Below the pieces are notes generated by a model. It saw only the letters and a program-made list of their open reading frames with translations. It was not told where the DNA came from and did not search any database. Of a stretch of DNA of 64,000 nucleotides, positions 38,132-50,443 are shown piece after piece. Position 1 is the stretch's first letter; every line of letters begins with the position of its first letter. The DNA is from Paraspadella gotoi (lineage: Eukaryota > Animalia > Chaetognatha), in NCBI GenBank assembly GCA_051294375.1, contig CM119266.1:3093812-3157811 (forward strand). Reading direction: 5' to 3'. Made by a program: the position numbers and the translations under genes.

Positions 38132-40692
38132 TTAGTTTGTTATAAATGAATGAAAGATCTCTCTCTCTCAGGACTCTTCGAGAAATCGACCTCATGGACT
38201 TTGATCCAAAGGCGGCGAAACATCAACGGTCGGACACCGTCAAATAACAATCCTTTCGTCAAAGCAGATTGGTCCACTTACGCGTCAGTTCATTTTCATA
38301 CTTCCACACTGTGAATCTATTCCTGCTCCTTTCTTCTCTTTTCTTCTCTTCTCTTCTCTTTCTTTCTTTCTTTCCCTTCCCTTTTCCCTGTTTCTTTCTT
38401 TATACATGTAGTCGAGCCTTGCAATATGTTCACCCCGCTTATAATCATGCCATTAATCATGTCACCTTCGGTCGTGACCCGGTGGCTCATTGAGTAATAC
38501 CTCGGCTCTGACCATCAGTACCAGACCCTGCGGGAGTGTGAGGACGGCCGTTAAAACCGTCTTTTGGGTCCGTTAAAACCCCCTAGCCTTGGTAAAATTA
38601 CAAGCTGCTAGAGGGGTTAAAGAAGTTGCGGATAGCACTCTTCAGCCGCCTCTTAGCTCCCATACATGTGGTGCATATGCATACCATACATGCCTCCATA
38701 TGTATACATACGTATTATTTTTCTTCACCCATGGACTCCCTCCCACTCGTCCCCACTTCTACTTTCGCCACCGCCCCATCTAGCGGTGGTTTCCGGGCGG
38801 GACCCAAGCCAGCGAACGACTTTTGGCTGGGACTTCGACAACTGAATCCAAGACTCAAAGTGGAATTGGGCGACTGTGAGGTCGAATCAAATGGGACGAA
38901 ATGGCGGATATCGGAGAGGACGGGAACGAAATGGAAAGGGAAGATGATCCCAAAAAGGGTCAGTTGCATTTTTAGTAAAATTGAACTTGAAATGACTGAC
39001 CTTCTCTCTCCTTGATTAAGTTATTATATCATAATCTAACTCAGGTCCTCAGATATGTCGGGCCTCGGCGAATGTTAAGACTGTTATTGAACGATAGAAT
39101 TCTGGCTGCTTACTCGTATTTTGACTTTTTGGCTTTTGTATACTTTTGTATACCTTTTTGTATATACTGTTTGGTTATACTTTTGTTATACTTTGGTATA
39201 CTTTTATATGGTTACGATTGTTACGTCCATCTTCCGTTAAAAAGATCTCACTCTGCTCTCTCTCTTCTCCTATGAAAATAAACCCTTGCCACTTTTTTAC
39301 TTTCTGATCCTCTTATCTTTTCCTATTTTTTTGGTCTTCTCTTTTTTTCTCTTCTCCCTTCCTATCTTTCCTTGCCTAAATCCATTTCTCTCCTATCTCT
39401 TTTCTCTTCCCTTCCCCTTCCTCTCTTCCTTGCCTAATCCATTTCTCTATCCTATCTCTTTTCTTCCCTTCCCTACCTCTCTTCCTTGCCTAATCCATTT
39501 CTCTACCCATCTCTTTTCTCTCCTACCCCTTACCTCTCTTCCTTGGCCCTAATCCATTTCTTACCTATCTCTTTTTCTCCCTCCCTACCTCTCTCCTTGC
39601 CTAATCCATTTCTCTACCTATCTCTTTTCTCTCCTTACCTTTCTCTCTTTCCCATTTTAACTTCCCATCCCACTCACTTGTCTCTCCATCACCTTTTTCT
39701 ACCCTCTCTGTCTCCCTCTCCTTTCTCTCTCTCCCTCTCTCTCTCTCTCCATCCTTTCTCCCCCTGAAGGCGAATGGAGCGCGGCTCGCTACTTTGACTT
39801 CGGCGTCAAATCATCGCGCGAAGAATTCAAGTTGATAATCGGAAACCAAGAAACTTCTTGGGATTTGGAGGACGAACTCTTTCGGGGCGGACCCGGGGAC
39901 ACGGACATCCGAGACAAGAGGTGGTCATTGATGAGAGACTGAAGACCTGTTTGAGGACTGGTAGCATGATTACGAGTTGGACATTGTGGAGCTGTGTTCG
40001 TGGTTGATGCATGAAGACCTGTTTCAAGGTGGGCCAGTAAACATGATCACTGATCATTGTGGACGTGGTGTTGGCGTGGTAGCGATGAAGGGAATGAAGA
40101 CCTGTTGCAAGGCGGAGTGGGAGATACAAAGATCTGAGGCAATGGAGAGGTTGTAGCTGCAATTTGCAATGTCCATCGACTGACAGACTGATATAAAATT
40201 AATGGAATTTTAAAAAACCGTCACATTGATAAAAACAGTGGCTGCGCCAATACATGTAAAGTTGAAATGTGTTACTAATAATACCTTGATTTGGTAGTAC
40301 CGGGTTGGGATTGAACCCGGTACCTAATGGTCAAGAGCAAATGGATTGACTCAATGAGCCAGGGGGTCACAACTGAAAGTCTTATGCTTATAGGCGGAGT
40401 GAATGACCGACTACATATATAATTTAAAGGAAGGCATATCAAAAATATCAAAAAACAAACTGGAAAATAAACAAGCTACGCTCCCTTTCTTTTGTTTAGG
40501 TTCTCGACCCACGACGCCGACGAAGACGACTTGAAAGAGGGCGCATGCGTCGACGTCTTCGGCGGCGGTGGATGGTGGTTCAAGAAATGCGCTTCCTTTT
40601 GTCTCAATTGTGTCAAAGTCGTCGTCAAGGATGGGATCGTCAAGTATCCCTCCGAGACCGTCATGCTTATTAAAAGGGAAGACGACGACTAA
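36224..40692 (+). CDS. Signal peptide + EGF + fibrinogen C-terminal (FReD) domain protein: join(36224..36404,37008..37133,38172..38283,38784..38958,39770..39920,40500..40692), ~310 aa; exon 4 needs a net frameshift correction
   Basis: E1 has a signal peptide (…ISLLFLALNSLRVDA). E2 is a phase-1/1 EGF (PCASAPCPNGARCRDGAEGKFECSCASGWTGATCQ). E3 WTLIQRR…DWSTYA; E4 GGF…NDFWLGLRQLN; E5 ARYFDFGVKSSREEFKLIIG; E6 FSTHDADED…ACVDVFGGGGWWFKKC…TVMLIKR*. All introns are GT-AG with compatible phases, apart from the indel inside exon 4. Confidence 0.9.
37228..38875. repeat. Fold-back inverted duplication: 37228-38040 is an inverted copy of 38165-38875 (exon 3, intron 3 and part of exon 4 of the FReD gene)
   Basis: ctttggatcaaagtccatgagg (37990) is the reverse complement of cctcatggactttgatccaaag (38190). 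The left arm starts right after a 25-N gap and the loop is a (GA)n tract. Confidence 0.9.
38407..38666 (+). mobile_element. Dispersed LTR-like repeat with internal tRNA-like segment, copy 1 (mirror copy 37501-37794)
   Basis: Begins tgtagtcg; the mirror copy has TGTAG..CTACA termini. Shares gacccggtggctcattgagtaa and gctgctag.ggggtt..gaagtt.cggatag with the 56705 copy. Confidence 0.65.
39350..39650 (+). repeat. Pyrimidine-rich ~57-60 bp minisatellite, ~5 copies
   Basis: Recurring cttgcctaatccatttctctacctatctcttttctc. Confidence 0.85.
40297..40415 (-). mobile_element. Truncated copy of the tRNA-containing LTR-like repeat
   Basis: Reverse complement reads tgtagtcgg..cgcctataagcat..actttcagtt.tgaccccctggctcattgagt..gggttcaatcccaacccggtac. 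Confidence 0.7.
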
Positions 40693-41143
40693 AGTGTCGA
40701 CGACGACGACGACGACCACGGATTTAAGACGGATATTAAATTTAAAAATACTTTTTTCCTCTTTAAAACTAATTATTCTTAACACAATTAATCCCTTTGT
40801 ATAATATTTAAAAAGTTTTCAAATATTTGTCATATAAAAAAAGTGTTTCAATAATTTTTTTGTTTGTCTTTTTCAGAACAGTAAGTCAGTCGTGAGTCTG
40901 GTCAGTCCATATAGTAGTCAGTCAGTCCGTCATCAGTTTCAATTCAAACACTCGAATCGCGTGAAAAAATGAGATTAAGTTCGTCTCGGCGTCGAAGGGT
41001 AAAGTGAGGAATGTGAGAAGAGAGACAGAGAGGGTAAAAATGAAGAGAGAGAGAGAGAGAGAGAGAGACAACGACGTCGCAAAGACAGAGAGTGAGATAA
41101 CGATTTTTTCTCAGGCGACTCCACGCGGTATGGGGAAGATTTA

Positions 41144-41402
41144 TCATCTTACTCTAATGGTAGATTGGGAACACAGAAAAAGAATCGGGCATGATCCTTC
41201 TTCTCTTCTTCTCTCTCTCATTCTTCTCTCTGCTCTCTCTCCTCTCTCTCTCATCTCCTCCGTGCTCATCCTCTCTCTCCTCCCCTCTCTCTCTCTCATA
41301 TCTCTCATCTCTCTCTTGTTGTTCTCCATCTCTGACAAGGCGGCTTTCGCTCTGTCAAACGCGGCGTCCGCCGCTGCGTCGAAGCGTCGGCGCCTGCAGC
41401 GG
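41144..41402 (-). CDS. Possible terminal exon of a charged coiled-coil protein (IRCRRRRFDAAADAAFDRAKAALSEMENNKREM…)
   Basis: tttag acceptor near 41403 and a GC-rich open frame, but the 3' part is GA-microsatellite-like. Confidence 0.25.
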
Positions 41403-41759
41403 ATCTAAATCGGGCAATGGATTTTTCTTCATCAAATCATTTTTTTTGAGAAAAGCAGGCGACTGGGAAAGAGAAATGAGGAGAATGAGACGATGAGTGA
41501 ATTTCTTTGTGTTTGCTTTTGTTCGTTATTTGACTAAGTATATTAGAAAGAAATACTATGAGTTGAATTGATGTGAATAATAGTTTACAATCGGAAAAAA
41601 CTTTTATTATTATTACTTTATTATTATGCAGCGACTTTAGTTTAAAGTGTTTTGCAAAGAATTTTTTCAGTCGTTAACCCTCTTGACAAAAACTAAAAAA
41701 GTCAAAGTGTTTTGCGACGAAACTTCTGATGCAGAACACACGATGGTCTAATCCCGAAC

Positions 41760-43400
41760 CGAAAAATTGATTCCATTTGCAGTTTCGCTTCAAAAATATT
41801 TTCAAATTTGCATATCATTTTTTCAATGCGTGGAACGCCTTTCTGTTGGAATTGTCTTTCATTTTCTTAAAAATTTCTATATTAAAAGAAATAAATAAAA
41901 TATTTAAACAATTTCATTGAACTAATATTTTATTATTTTTTTAATAATTTAAATTTTATATCTTTGTCGATTTTCTCAGTCACTAAAGAGTTGAGTTAAA
42001 TGAATCAATAATTATGACCTTTACACATCGCATTGACTTTTTGAACTTATTGTTTTGAAAAAATAAAATAAATGACGCATCGTTAACTTTTGCTGTTCTT
42101 GTTTATTTTTTCATTTCGTTTTTGAAAAAAGAGGCTTATTTTTGATCTCCCGGTATCCTTGAAGGAGAACCGAGAATAACTCGCAGCTTCTCTCTCTTCT
42201 CTCCCTTCTTCTCTCTCTCTGCTCTTTTCCTTTCTCTTCCTCTTTCCTGTTTCTCTCTTTCTCTGCTCGTCTCATCTTCTTCTCTCTCTCTTCGTCTCGT
42301 TCTCTTTTCTCTCTCTACTATCTTCTCTCTCTCTTTCTCTCTTTATCTCTTCTCTCTCTGTCTCTCCTCGTCTCTCTTCTTCTCTCTCCTCTCTCTCTCT
42401 CATCTCTCTTCTCTCATCTTGCTCGTCGGTCTATTTCTTGTCTCTCTCTGTCTTTCTCTCTCTCGTTCTTCTCTGTCCTCCTCTCTTTCTGGTTCAGATC
42501 CTCTCTAGTCATCTCGCGTTTCCGCTCATCCTCTCTTTCNNNNNNNNNNNNNNNNNNNNNNNNNNNNNNNNNNNNNNNNNNNNNNNNNNNNNNNNNNNNN
42601 NNNNNNNNNNNNNNNNNNNNNNNNNNNNNNNNNNNNNNNNNNNNNNNNNNNNNNNNNNNNNNNNNNNNNNNNNNNNNNNNNNNNNGAGAGAGAGAGAGAG
42701 AGAGATAGAGAGAGAGAGAACTAGAGAGATAGATAGAGAGAGAGTGAGAGAGCAAAAAAAATCCTTTCATTTTTCCTGACGCGTTAAAGAAATTAGCATT
42801 TTTGTGAGAATCAGTGGCACCGACCAGCACTAGCGCGCTCCCACTCTTGAAGCGTCTTTTCTTTTCTTTTCATTCCCAAAAACATAATTAAAACGAGACT
42901 GAATTTCTTTAAAATAAATATCGTGTAAAATCTTATTTTGTCTCTAAAATAAACATCAAAATTTTGCAAAAAAAATCTCCATTTGCCATTTTCCGCTTCA
43001 AAATATTGTTCAAATGGCACTATTTTTGGATGCGCGTGACGCCTTTCTCTGTGTCTTGGAATTCCGGGCTCACTTCTTAAAAATTTTATAGATAAAAAAA
43101 TAAATAAAATATTTAAACAATTTCATTGAATAAATCATCTTTCATTAATTCGTTTTAATATATTTAAATGTACTTTAATGATCTTGTGTCGATTATGTTT
43201 TCTAGGTCACAAAGTCGAGTAAGACAACATCAATAATTATACCCCACACAGTCGATTCGCACTTTTAATATGTGACAAAATAAATTAAAAATATAAGACG
43301 CGCATCGTTAACTTTTCTGATTCTGTATGTCTCAGTTTCGTTTTGAACAGAAAAAAAGGCTCTAATCGTTACATCCTCAGTATCACCTGCATAGGAGAAC
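41760..43400 (+). repeat. Noisy direct duplication (~41.76-42.17 kb vs ~42.98-43.40 kb) across an N gap
   Basis: aaataaataaaatatttaaacaatttcattgaa and gcatcgttaacttttt occur in both copies. Confidence 0.8.
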
Positions 43401-46400
43401 CTCTAGGCCTTGCGGTCTGGTCAGACAAATCTCATGCTCTGATCTCGTCTCCTCTCCTCTCTCTCTCTCTGCCATCATCCTTCGCACTCCTCTCCAGTTC
43501 TTCTTCTTAATCCCAAATATTACAGGTATATCGCTGAATACCCATTACCAAATTAGTGATCCTTGCGTATTCTTCATATGCTATTACTTTTGAATATTTT
43601 GAAAATGCGCCGAGCAACTGATATAATTTGCCTCAACTATACCTTATTATCACAATATTTTATTTTATTTAGTTCTCATTTTTTATCTTATTTATTTTTG
43701 CTATCATGTCTATACTAATCTATAGGATTTGCCGCTACATTTTCCAGACATTTTTTACTATCCGATCGAAACATATTAGCCCAGTTCTTAAATTTCATCC
43801 CCTTTTTTTCACTCTATTCACCATTTTGTGCTGCTAATCACTCTGATCCAAGTTAAAGTCCCAAAACAGCTGTAACTTCCCCTACTGCGAATTCAGAATG
43901 TTAAAAGAAAGTAACATGAGCGCTCTTTTTATCAGAAAGCTTTATTCTTTTTAAGCCTTAATCTCTACAACTGAATCTTATCACCCTCAAATCCACCAAC
44001 CAAATTTTAATTTTATATTCTTAACTGAATATTAACCTTAAATTTCTAAACACTTGGGCTGCTTTTGACAAAATAATGCCGACATTTTTTTTCACCACGG
44101 TTATCAACATTAGCAATTGCTGATAGGTTACACACATCAATTGAAGTCTGTGTCTAATTATTAAGAGTAAGGCTAAATAATTAAATTAGTTATAAGCTGC
44201 AAGAGATAATCTGAAAAACATGATACTATAAAAAACTTTATATAGAGGCTATAAAGATCGATAAATCGGCGCTTACAAGTGAAGAACCCTCGTGATGGGT
44301 GATGTCAGCAAGATCATTAGATCCGTGTTCAATCATCCATCCCGTCCATGCGTCGCTCGCAGGTGTCTCTCTCTCTCTCTGTTTTTCTCCTCAACTCTCG
44401 ATGGAAAACAAAAACAAAATCCTTCTTTCTGGGCAATTCCGCGCTGCAATCCCGTCTCAAAAGATGGAGCGTAATGACGTCAAATCCGTCAGGTGACGTC
44501 ATACGGAGCCGCCCGTCTGAAATATTCGTGCTCCCCCAGACGGTCCTGGCGATCTGGGAATCTAAAAATTCGAGACAACATTTGCGAGCCGTCAATTCGA
44601 CGCAAATGACACATCAGTTTTGTCTCTTGTAGGACAGATCCTTCGCCGCGACATTGTGGCCGCCATGTCATCTGCAATTCAATCGGGACAATATCACGAC
44701 CGTATGCCCTGTTATACGCGAGTAGTCGCGCGTGTGCTCGCGACGCGGGAACCCGTCTTCATCTAGTCCCTCTAACTCTCTCTCTCTTCCCTCCCGCTAA
44801 CACCGGTACCCAAGCCTCGGTCTCGTGGCCGACCCAAGACGACGACGGGAACGTGCAGCGAAGAGAAAAACTGCCCCCCCTCTTCCTAGTCCCGACTTCC
44901 TCGCGTCCAGCAACCGTGCTTGGCTGGCAAAGAGGGGATGGAAAACGTCCTGGGCCAGAGGTGATACGACATTGACGCGGAGCTTATGGCGCACTGAGGC
45001 AGGTAAGCAGTGAGAGAGGAGACCAAGTCATTCTGTTTACTACTATTATTGTTAAGATTTTACATCGTACAGCATTTTTAATTTTGTAGTGTTACAAGTG
45101 TCTTAAAGTTTCTTTTCGGCCGAAAACAGATGTAAAGTACTAAGTAATGCCGCATATAGGGTTGGAGATGATGTAAAGATTGAGCTGATCTTTGACTCAT
45201 TATGAACAATATTTTTTTTGCCTGTAATTAATAAATTTTTAAATCCTCTTTTAATATCTTATACGTCATAACAGCCCTCTTATAGTACATCTCTCCAATT
45301 ATTTATGTAGCTAATTTATCCCTTCATAAAATCGTAAAATATTTCATAAATATTTTCTTTTTTTTCTAACGATATTCATTATATCGTGATCTCTCGCCCC
45401 TTAAATACACGTGAAATGGATATTTATTAAATGTTTGATCTCAAATGACGTAAAACGGTCTTAAGCATATATCTTTCGTATTACAGGAACTTTAAAAAAG
45501 CTTATGAATGTCACATTCAAAGTTTTCCCCTTTAAAGACGCTGAAGATGACAAGAATTTTTATAAACATTTATATTTTTGATTCAACTTTTTATGACTCT
45601 GAATTTTATTATAAAAGATTAAAAAAATTATCTTTAGTTACTATTTTAATATGTGATCAAAATATTATCTTTACTAATTGCTATCATACTATCCACATTA
45701 AATATCCGTTGTCTCGATCATTCCGTTTATTTTTCAATTTCGTTAAAATCAATATGGTTATCTTCTAGAACATCCTTCATTTCTTGGTGGCCCCCACGAT
45801 AATCGCCGCATCATCAATTCTTAAAAGTCAAAGTGAACACCCCCCACCGTCTTTAAAATCTTGATCGCGTGCTATTCGTCCTCTGTCTCTACTCTCCGCG
45901 CGCCGTTACGATTTTACATACCCCGCCAGCGTACGACGACCCACCCGGCTCCTCCTCATCAAGATTCTACACGAGAAAACCACGAAGAGAAAGCGAAAAT
46001 CGAGAGAAAAAATTATTTATTTTCTCCCAAATTGTTTCGTTTCACTTTTTCTGTTTGTGGTGAATAAACATGTGCGTGAATTCGCGGACAGTCTTGACGT
46101 ACAATTTTGTGTGATTAAATGGGGAAAGAGGGAGGCCTGAGAGAGAGGAGAGAGACAGACGGGAGAGAGGGGGAGAAGGAGCAAGGAGGGCATACATGGA
46201 CTGACCGGGGCCGATAGATGTTAGGAAATCTTAAAGGGAGGTCTTACAACGAGTTAACTGGGGAGGAGGCAGTGAGAGCAGAGAGTGGAGAAGAAAATAA
46301 TCCCTATGGTGGGGGAAAAGCAGGAAAGTTTTAAAGGAAATATGACTGGTGATATAAAAGATACAAGAAATCTTAGATAACATAGTTCTATATGGTCTTA

Positions 46401-49400
46401 TTTGTCACGGTTTTACGCCTTACGCTCCTCTATTCGCTCAAGCTGACTTACAGACAAAAATAGTGATACAGACTCTAGTTTAGAACTGGTATTAAAAAAA
46501 AACTATTAACTAATTTAATGCAGGAAAGAGTGTATTTATTAAGCTTGTGTTAATGTTTACGTATCTCTCATCAGTAGAAAAAGATATTCAATATTAATCT
46601 TACTCTCTCAGCACAAAAAAAATTGTTGATAAAGTATAAAAACGTATTTTGCTTTATAAAAATAAATTATTCAATTACAACCTGACAGTTATTATATTTT
46701 TATTCTACGCATAAATGATAAAATTACAATATTGTGAATAACGAAAATCACTTTACCTTTCTAACGCTAAATTGATGACGGATATCATATTGCTCCAAAA
46801 CACTAAAGATGGAGTAAAATATTCTCATAACAGAATAGATATGGTATCTTACACAATTTTAGAATTTAATAATCTCGAGTCTATACTTCTTCCTCGTGCG
46901 TTCATGTTAACTCGTCTCATGCAACTGCGATGAAGTTGTGATACTAGCTCGTGGTGCAGCGTCCTCGAGTTCGCCCAGTGCGCCTCGCGGCCTTCAGCCG
47001 TCGTCTAAACTCTCTGTCTCAACAGCATATCGATCCGCCAAAATATCGTCGACGGAGTAAATCTGTATCGACTCTCGTGCGCGCTCCCCGTACTCTCTCG
47101 GAGAGCTATACGAGAAAAAACACAGGCTGCTGGTCGTTAACGGCAGTGCGCCGTTCCGAGGAGATGCCAGAGAGAACAGTCGAGCAATCCAAGTTTACTG
47201 GCGTCGAGCAACTCAAAGTCGTGCAATTTATTTATTCACTCGAGTCTCTCTTACTCTTTCGTAAGCGACACGTATACAGCTCACAAGACGTGATCTCGGA
47301 CATTTCCTAGTTCTCCTATCTCCGCGCAACCGCAGTTCTCTCTCTCGGCACGCGGCTATCTCCCTCTCAGGCGCCGCAGTAACTCTTCACTCGGCACCGG
47401 CAATTTCTCTCTCCGGCACAAAACGGCACATCTGCGCTCTCGTTCCATCACCAATTGAACTCTTCCTCTTCCCGTCGCTACCAAAATGGCGGCCCGTTCT
47501 TCTTTCCTCTTCTCTTCTCTATCGTTTTTTTTGATGTGATTATCCTCTTCTTCCTCCTCTCGGCGATCAAGCTGTCGAGTGCTGAAAGGCTGCGCTTTCA
47601 CTTCTGGAAAGGCTGAGTGTTCCGTCGGCATCGTCGTCGTCTGTCTTCGAAAAACTCCAAAGCCCTTTTCTAGCAACTCCTCCTTCAACACTCGACAACC
47701 AAACGACGCCTTCGGATCACCAATTCCTCCTGCCCACCGACCCCGCGAGCGGTTCGCGTCTCCTCCTCGCCTCCAGAGTCTTCCCAGCGACTCCAGCATC
47801 TTACTCCCTCCTCCTCCTCCCTCCCTATCCTTGGCCTCCTCTTCCTCCTCCTTGAAATTATCCCCCTGTCTCCGAAATTTCGTCGCAGTTGGAGTCAAGC
47901 GTCCCAGTAATTTCTCTTTACCGGGTTTTCCCTTTTTCGCGCGGGACTATTGACGAAGCAATCGTTTGAGGCTCGAGGTTGTGATCGGATCGAGTTTTGC
48001 CAACCCTCGATTAGATTTGGCAGTGTGCGGAAAGGCGGAAAGGGGGAGTTTGAAGTGGAAAATAAAAAGATGGGAGTGGAAAAGGTTCGCAAAGAGACGG
48101 AAAGAGAAAAGACGTCGGCAGATACTTAATATACACTTAACTATACGTTGTGTGTGTGTTTTAGTAATAAGTTAGCCAGCTTTGTATAACTTCATGCACA
48201 CATGCAAATTGGGTTTTTATCTATCATGATAAATTAATCTCATAATGGATTAAATAAATTGAGCTGCATATAGCTCTCCTGACTCCTTCTTCTTAAACAT
48301 CAGGTACATTTTTCATGAATAGAAGGAAACACCAAATACATAGTGGGATTTCAATACACGATTTCGTTTCGAATCTAGAATCTAATACGTAACTTAGTAC
48401 TGAAGTTGCTTTCTTGGATACGTAATAAGTGATATTGTATCCAGTAATGAAAGCTTTTGTAAGATTGACCGTAAGAATCAAAAAAGTAAAAAATTGTATT
48501 TATATTTTATTAATATTTATCGTAATTTTATAATTTCATTCCTGCCATGGACAATCGGTCATTTCGATCGCTGTCGCTTCGCCTCTCTGCTTCTCGTCTA
48601 AGGACCTCAAATCATATCTTTTGCCTTTACCTGCCTTTCATGTGTTCAGCTTTTTGGTGTGCTCCATTGTCTCTTAAACTTACTCTTCTTTCATAGGACT
48701 CTTAATCACTCATGTATTAGGTCAAGCTCTTGAGGTTTCTTCCCACCACTGTCTCGCGATTCCCCTCTTCCCCTTATCTCTCCCGACATTTCCTTACCCT
48801 GACCAGCCTTGATCCTTCCTGCTCCTCCCCTCGGCGTGTCGTTTTCGTTAATCGCCATCGCATAATCAGGTGCTACTCATAAGAGTGATAGGGCGCCCGT
48901 CTGTGTTCTCTCCTCATCTCTTCTCTTTATCGACGCCGAATCTCTCTCGTAGAGCGATAAGGACCCTAGCCTGCATCGGAAACCTCGCGCCGTCTTCCAA
49001 CAATTGGCCCGCTACTTCTCTCCTGCTCCCTCTCTCTCTTCCCTCCTCCCGTCCTGCTCTCCCGGTCCGATCTGTCTCCAGCGCTTCGATCTCGGTAAGT
49101 GATGGACATGGCGGTTTCCCAGCCGGCGGTAACCCCGTCTTGATGCTCCTCAGGAACCGTGTAAGCATAGGGCTAAGATATGCTTCTCCTTCTTCTCTCT
49201 GCTCCTCCTCTCTCGTCTCTCTTCACTATTTGAGTCTCGAGGATGGTTGTCTCTTCTCTCCGTTCAGTCTGCTGCTCGTGCTTGCCCTACCAGGAGTGCG
49301 TCTCTCGCCTGGGCTGCCCATGGCGGACAACTCTGACAGAATCTCGCGGCGCTCGATCACCGACTCGGCGAAAACCTGGGCATCGCTCGACGCCGGAACG

Positions 49401-50407
49401 CCTGCGTCTGGCTCAACAAGATGAGGCTCTGACGCTAAGGCAAGCGCGGCAGAGCTAGCCTCACAGCTAACCGCCGCGGCTTCTCTCGAATACGACGCCG
49501 GAGCGAGGCAAGAGAGGGGAGCGTCGGGGGATCCGCGGCGTCTCGACGAGTTGGAACCCGGGCGTCCATTTTGGGCGCGTCGAGGGCCATTTCGTCTCTT
49601 CACAATTAACTTAGATACTGATATACTCTAATTTCGTTTTTATTTGTGCCTTGGCCTCTTGCTCATACTCGTCGCTCTCTCCGTACGCTCCGATAGCGAC
49701 CGCTGATAGCAATCTACAATACAATACAATACAATACAGATAAGACTTTATAAAATTCTACACATTTTTTTTACTATAAAACCGTTGGGACTCATTAGTT
49801 AGATGACGAAGCCGATGACGGCGACGGACATACGGCACTGACGGAGCGACGAAAGACGACGATTCAGGAATCGGATTTCGGATTCACTATGACCTCCGTG
49901 TCAACAAATTGAACGTTCTTGAGCGCAGAGTGTTGAAGAGGTTGTTAACAGCGCACAATAAATTTTTGTCGACGGATAAATTGGTGACAAATTTTTTATT
50001 TGCTCGTACACAACGTTGCAAAATAGTTCGAGTTCTGTGACGCTTTTGACAAAGTTATCTGTACTAATTTTTTCATCTTCATAAAATGCGTTTTCTGCGT
50101 CGGGAGACAAATTTTCTTTCGAGAAGAATTTATTTGATTCTTGAAGTCAAACGAAAATTAAGAAAAAAAAATGAATATTTATATTCAAATTTTTAAATAT
50201 CCTCGCCATAATCGTCCATTAGTACAGTCCAAGCTTAACGTAATGCTACTTCTCGTCAGGGTACTCTACCTCTATACTCTCTCATGAATTCGATACCTTT
50301 AAACGCTAGGGATGAGCATGAAACTGGAACATAGTCTCTCTCGTCTCTCTCTCTTCTCTCCTCTCTCTCCTCTCTCTCTTCTCTCCTGCTCTCTCTCTTC
50401 TTCTCTC

Positions 50408-50443
<36 letters not shown>

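Noticed and set aside
40411-40785. Minus-strand 124-aa ORF
   Set aside because: Antisense shadow of the FReD terminal exon on the plus strand.
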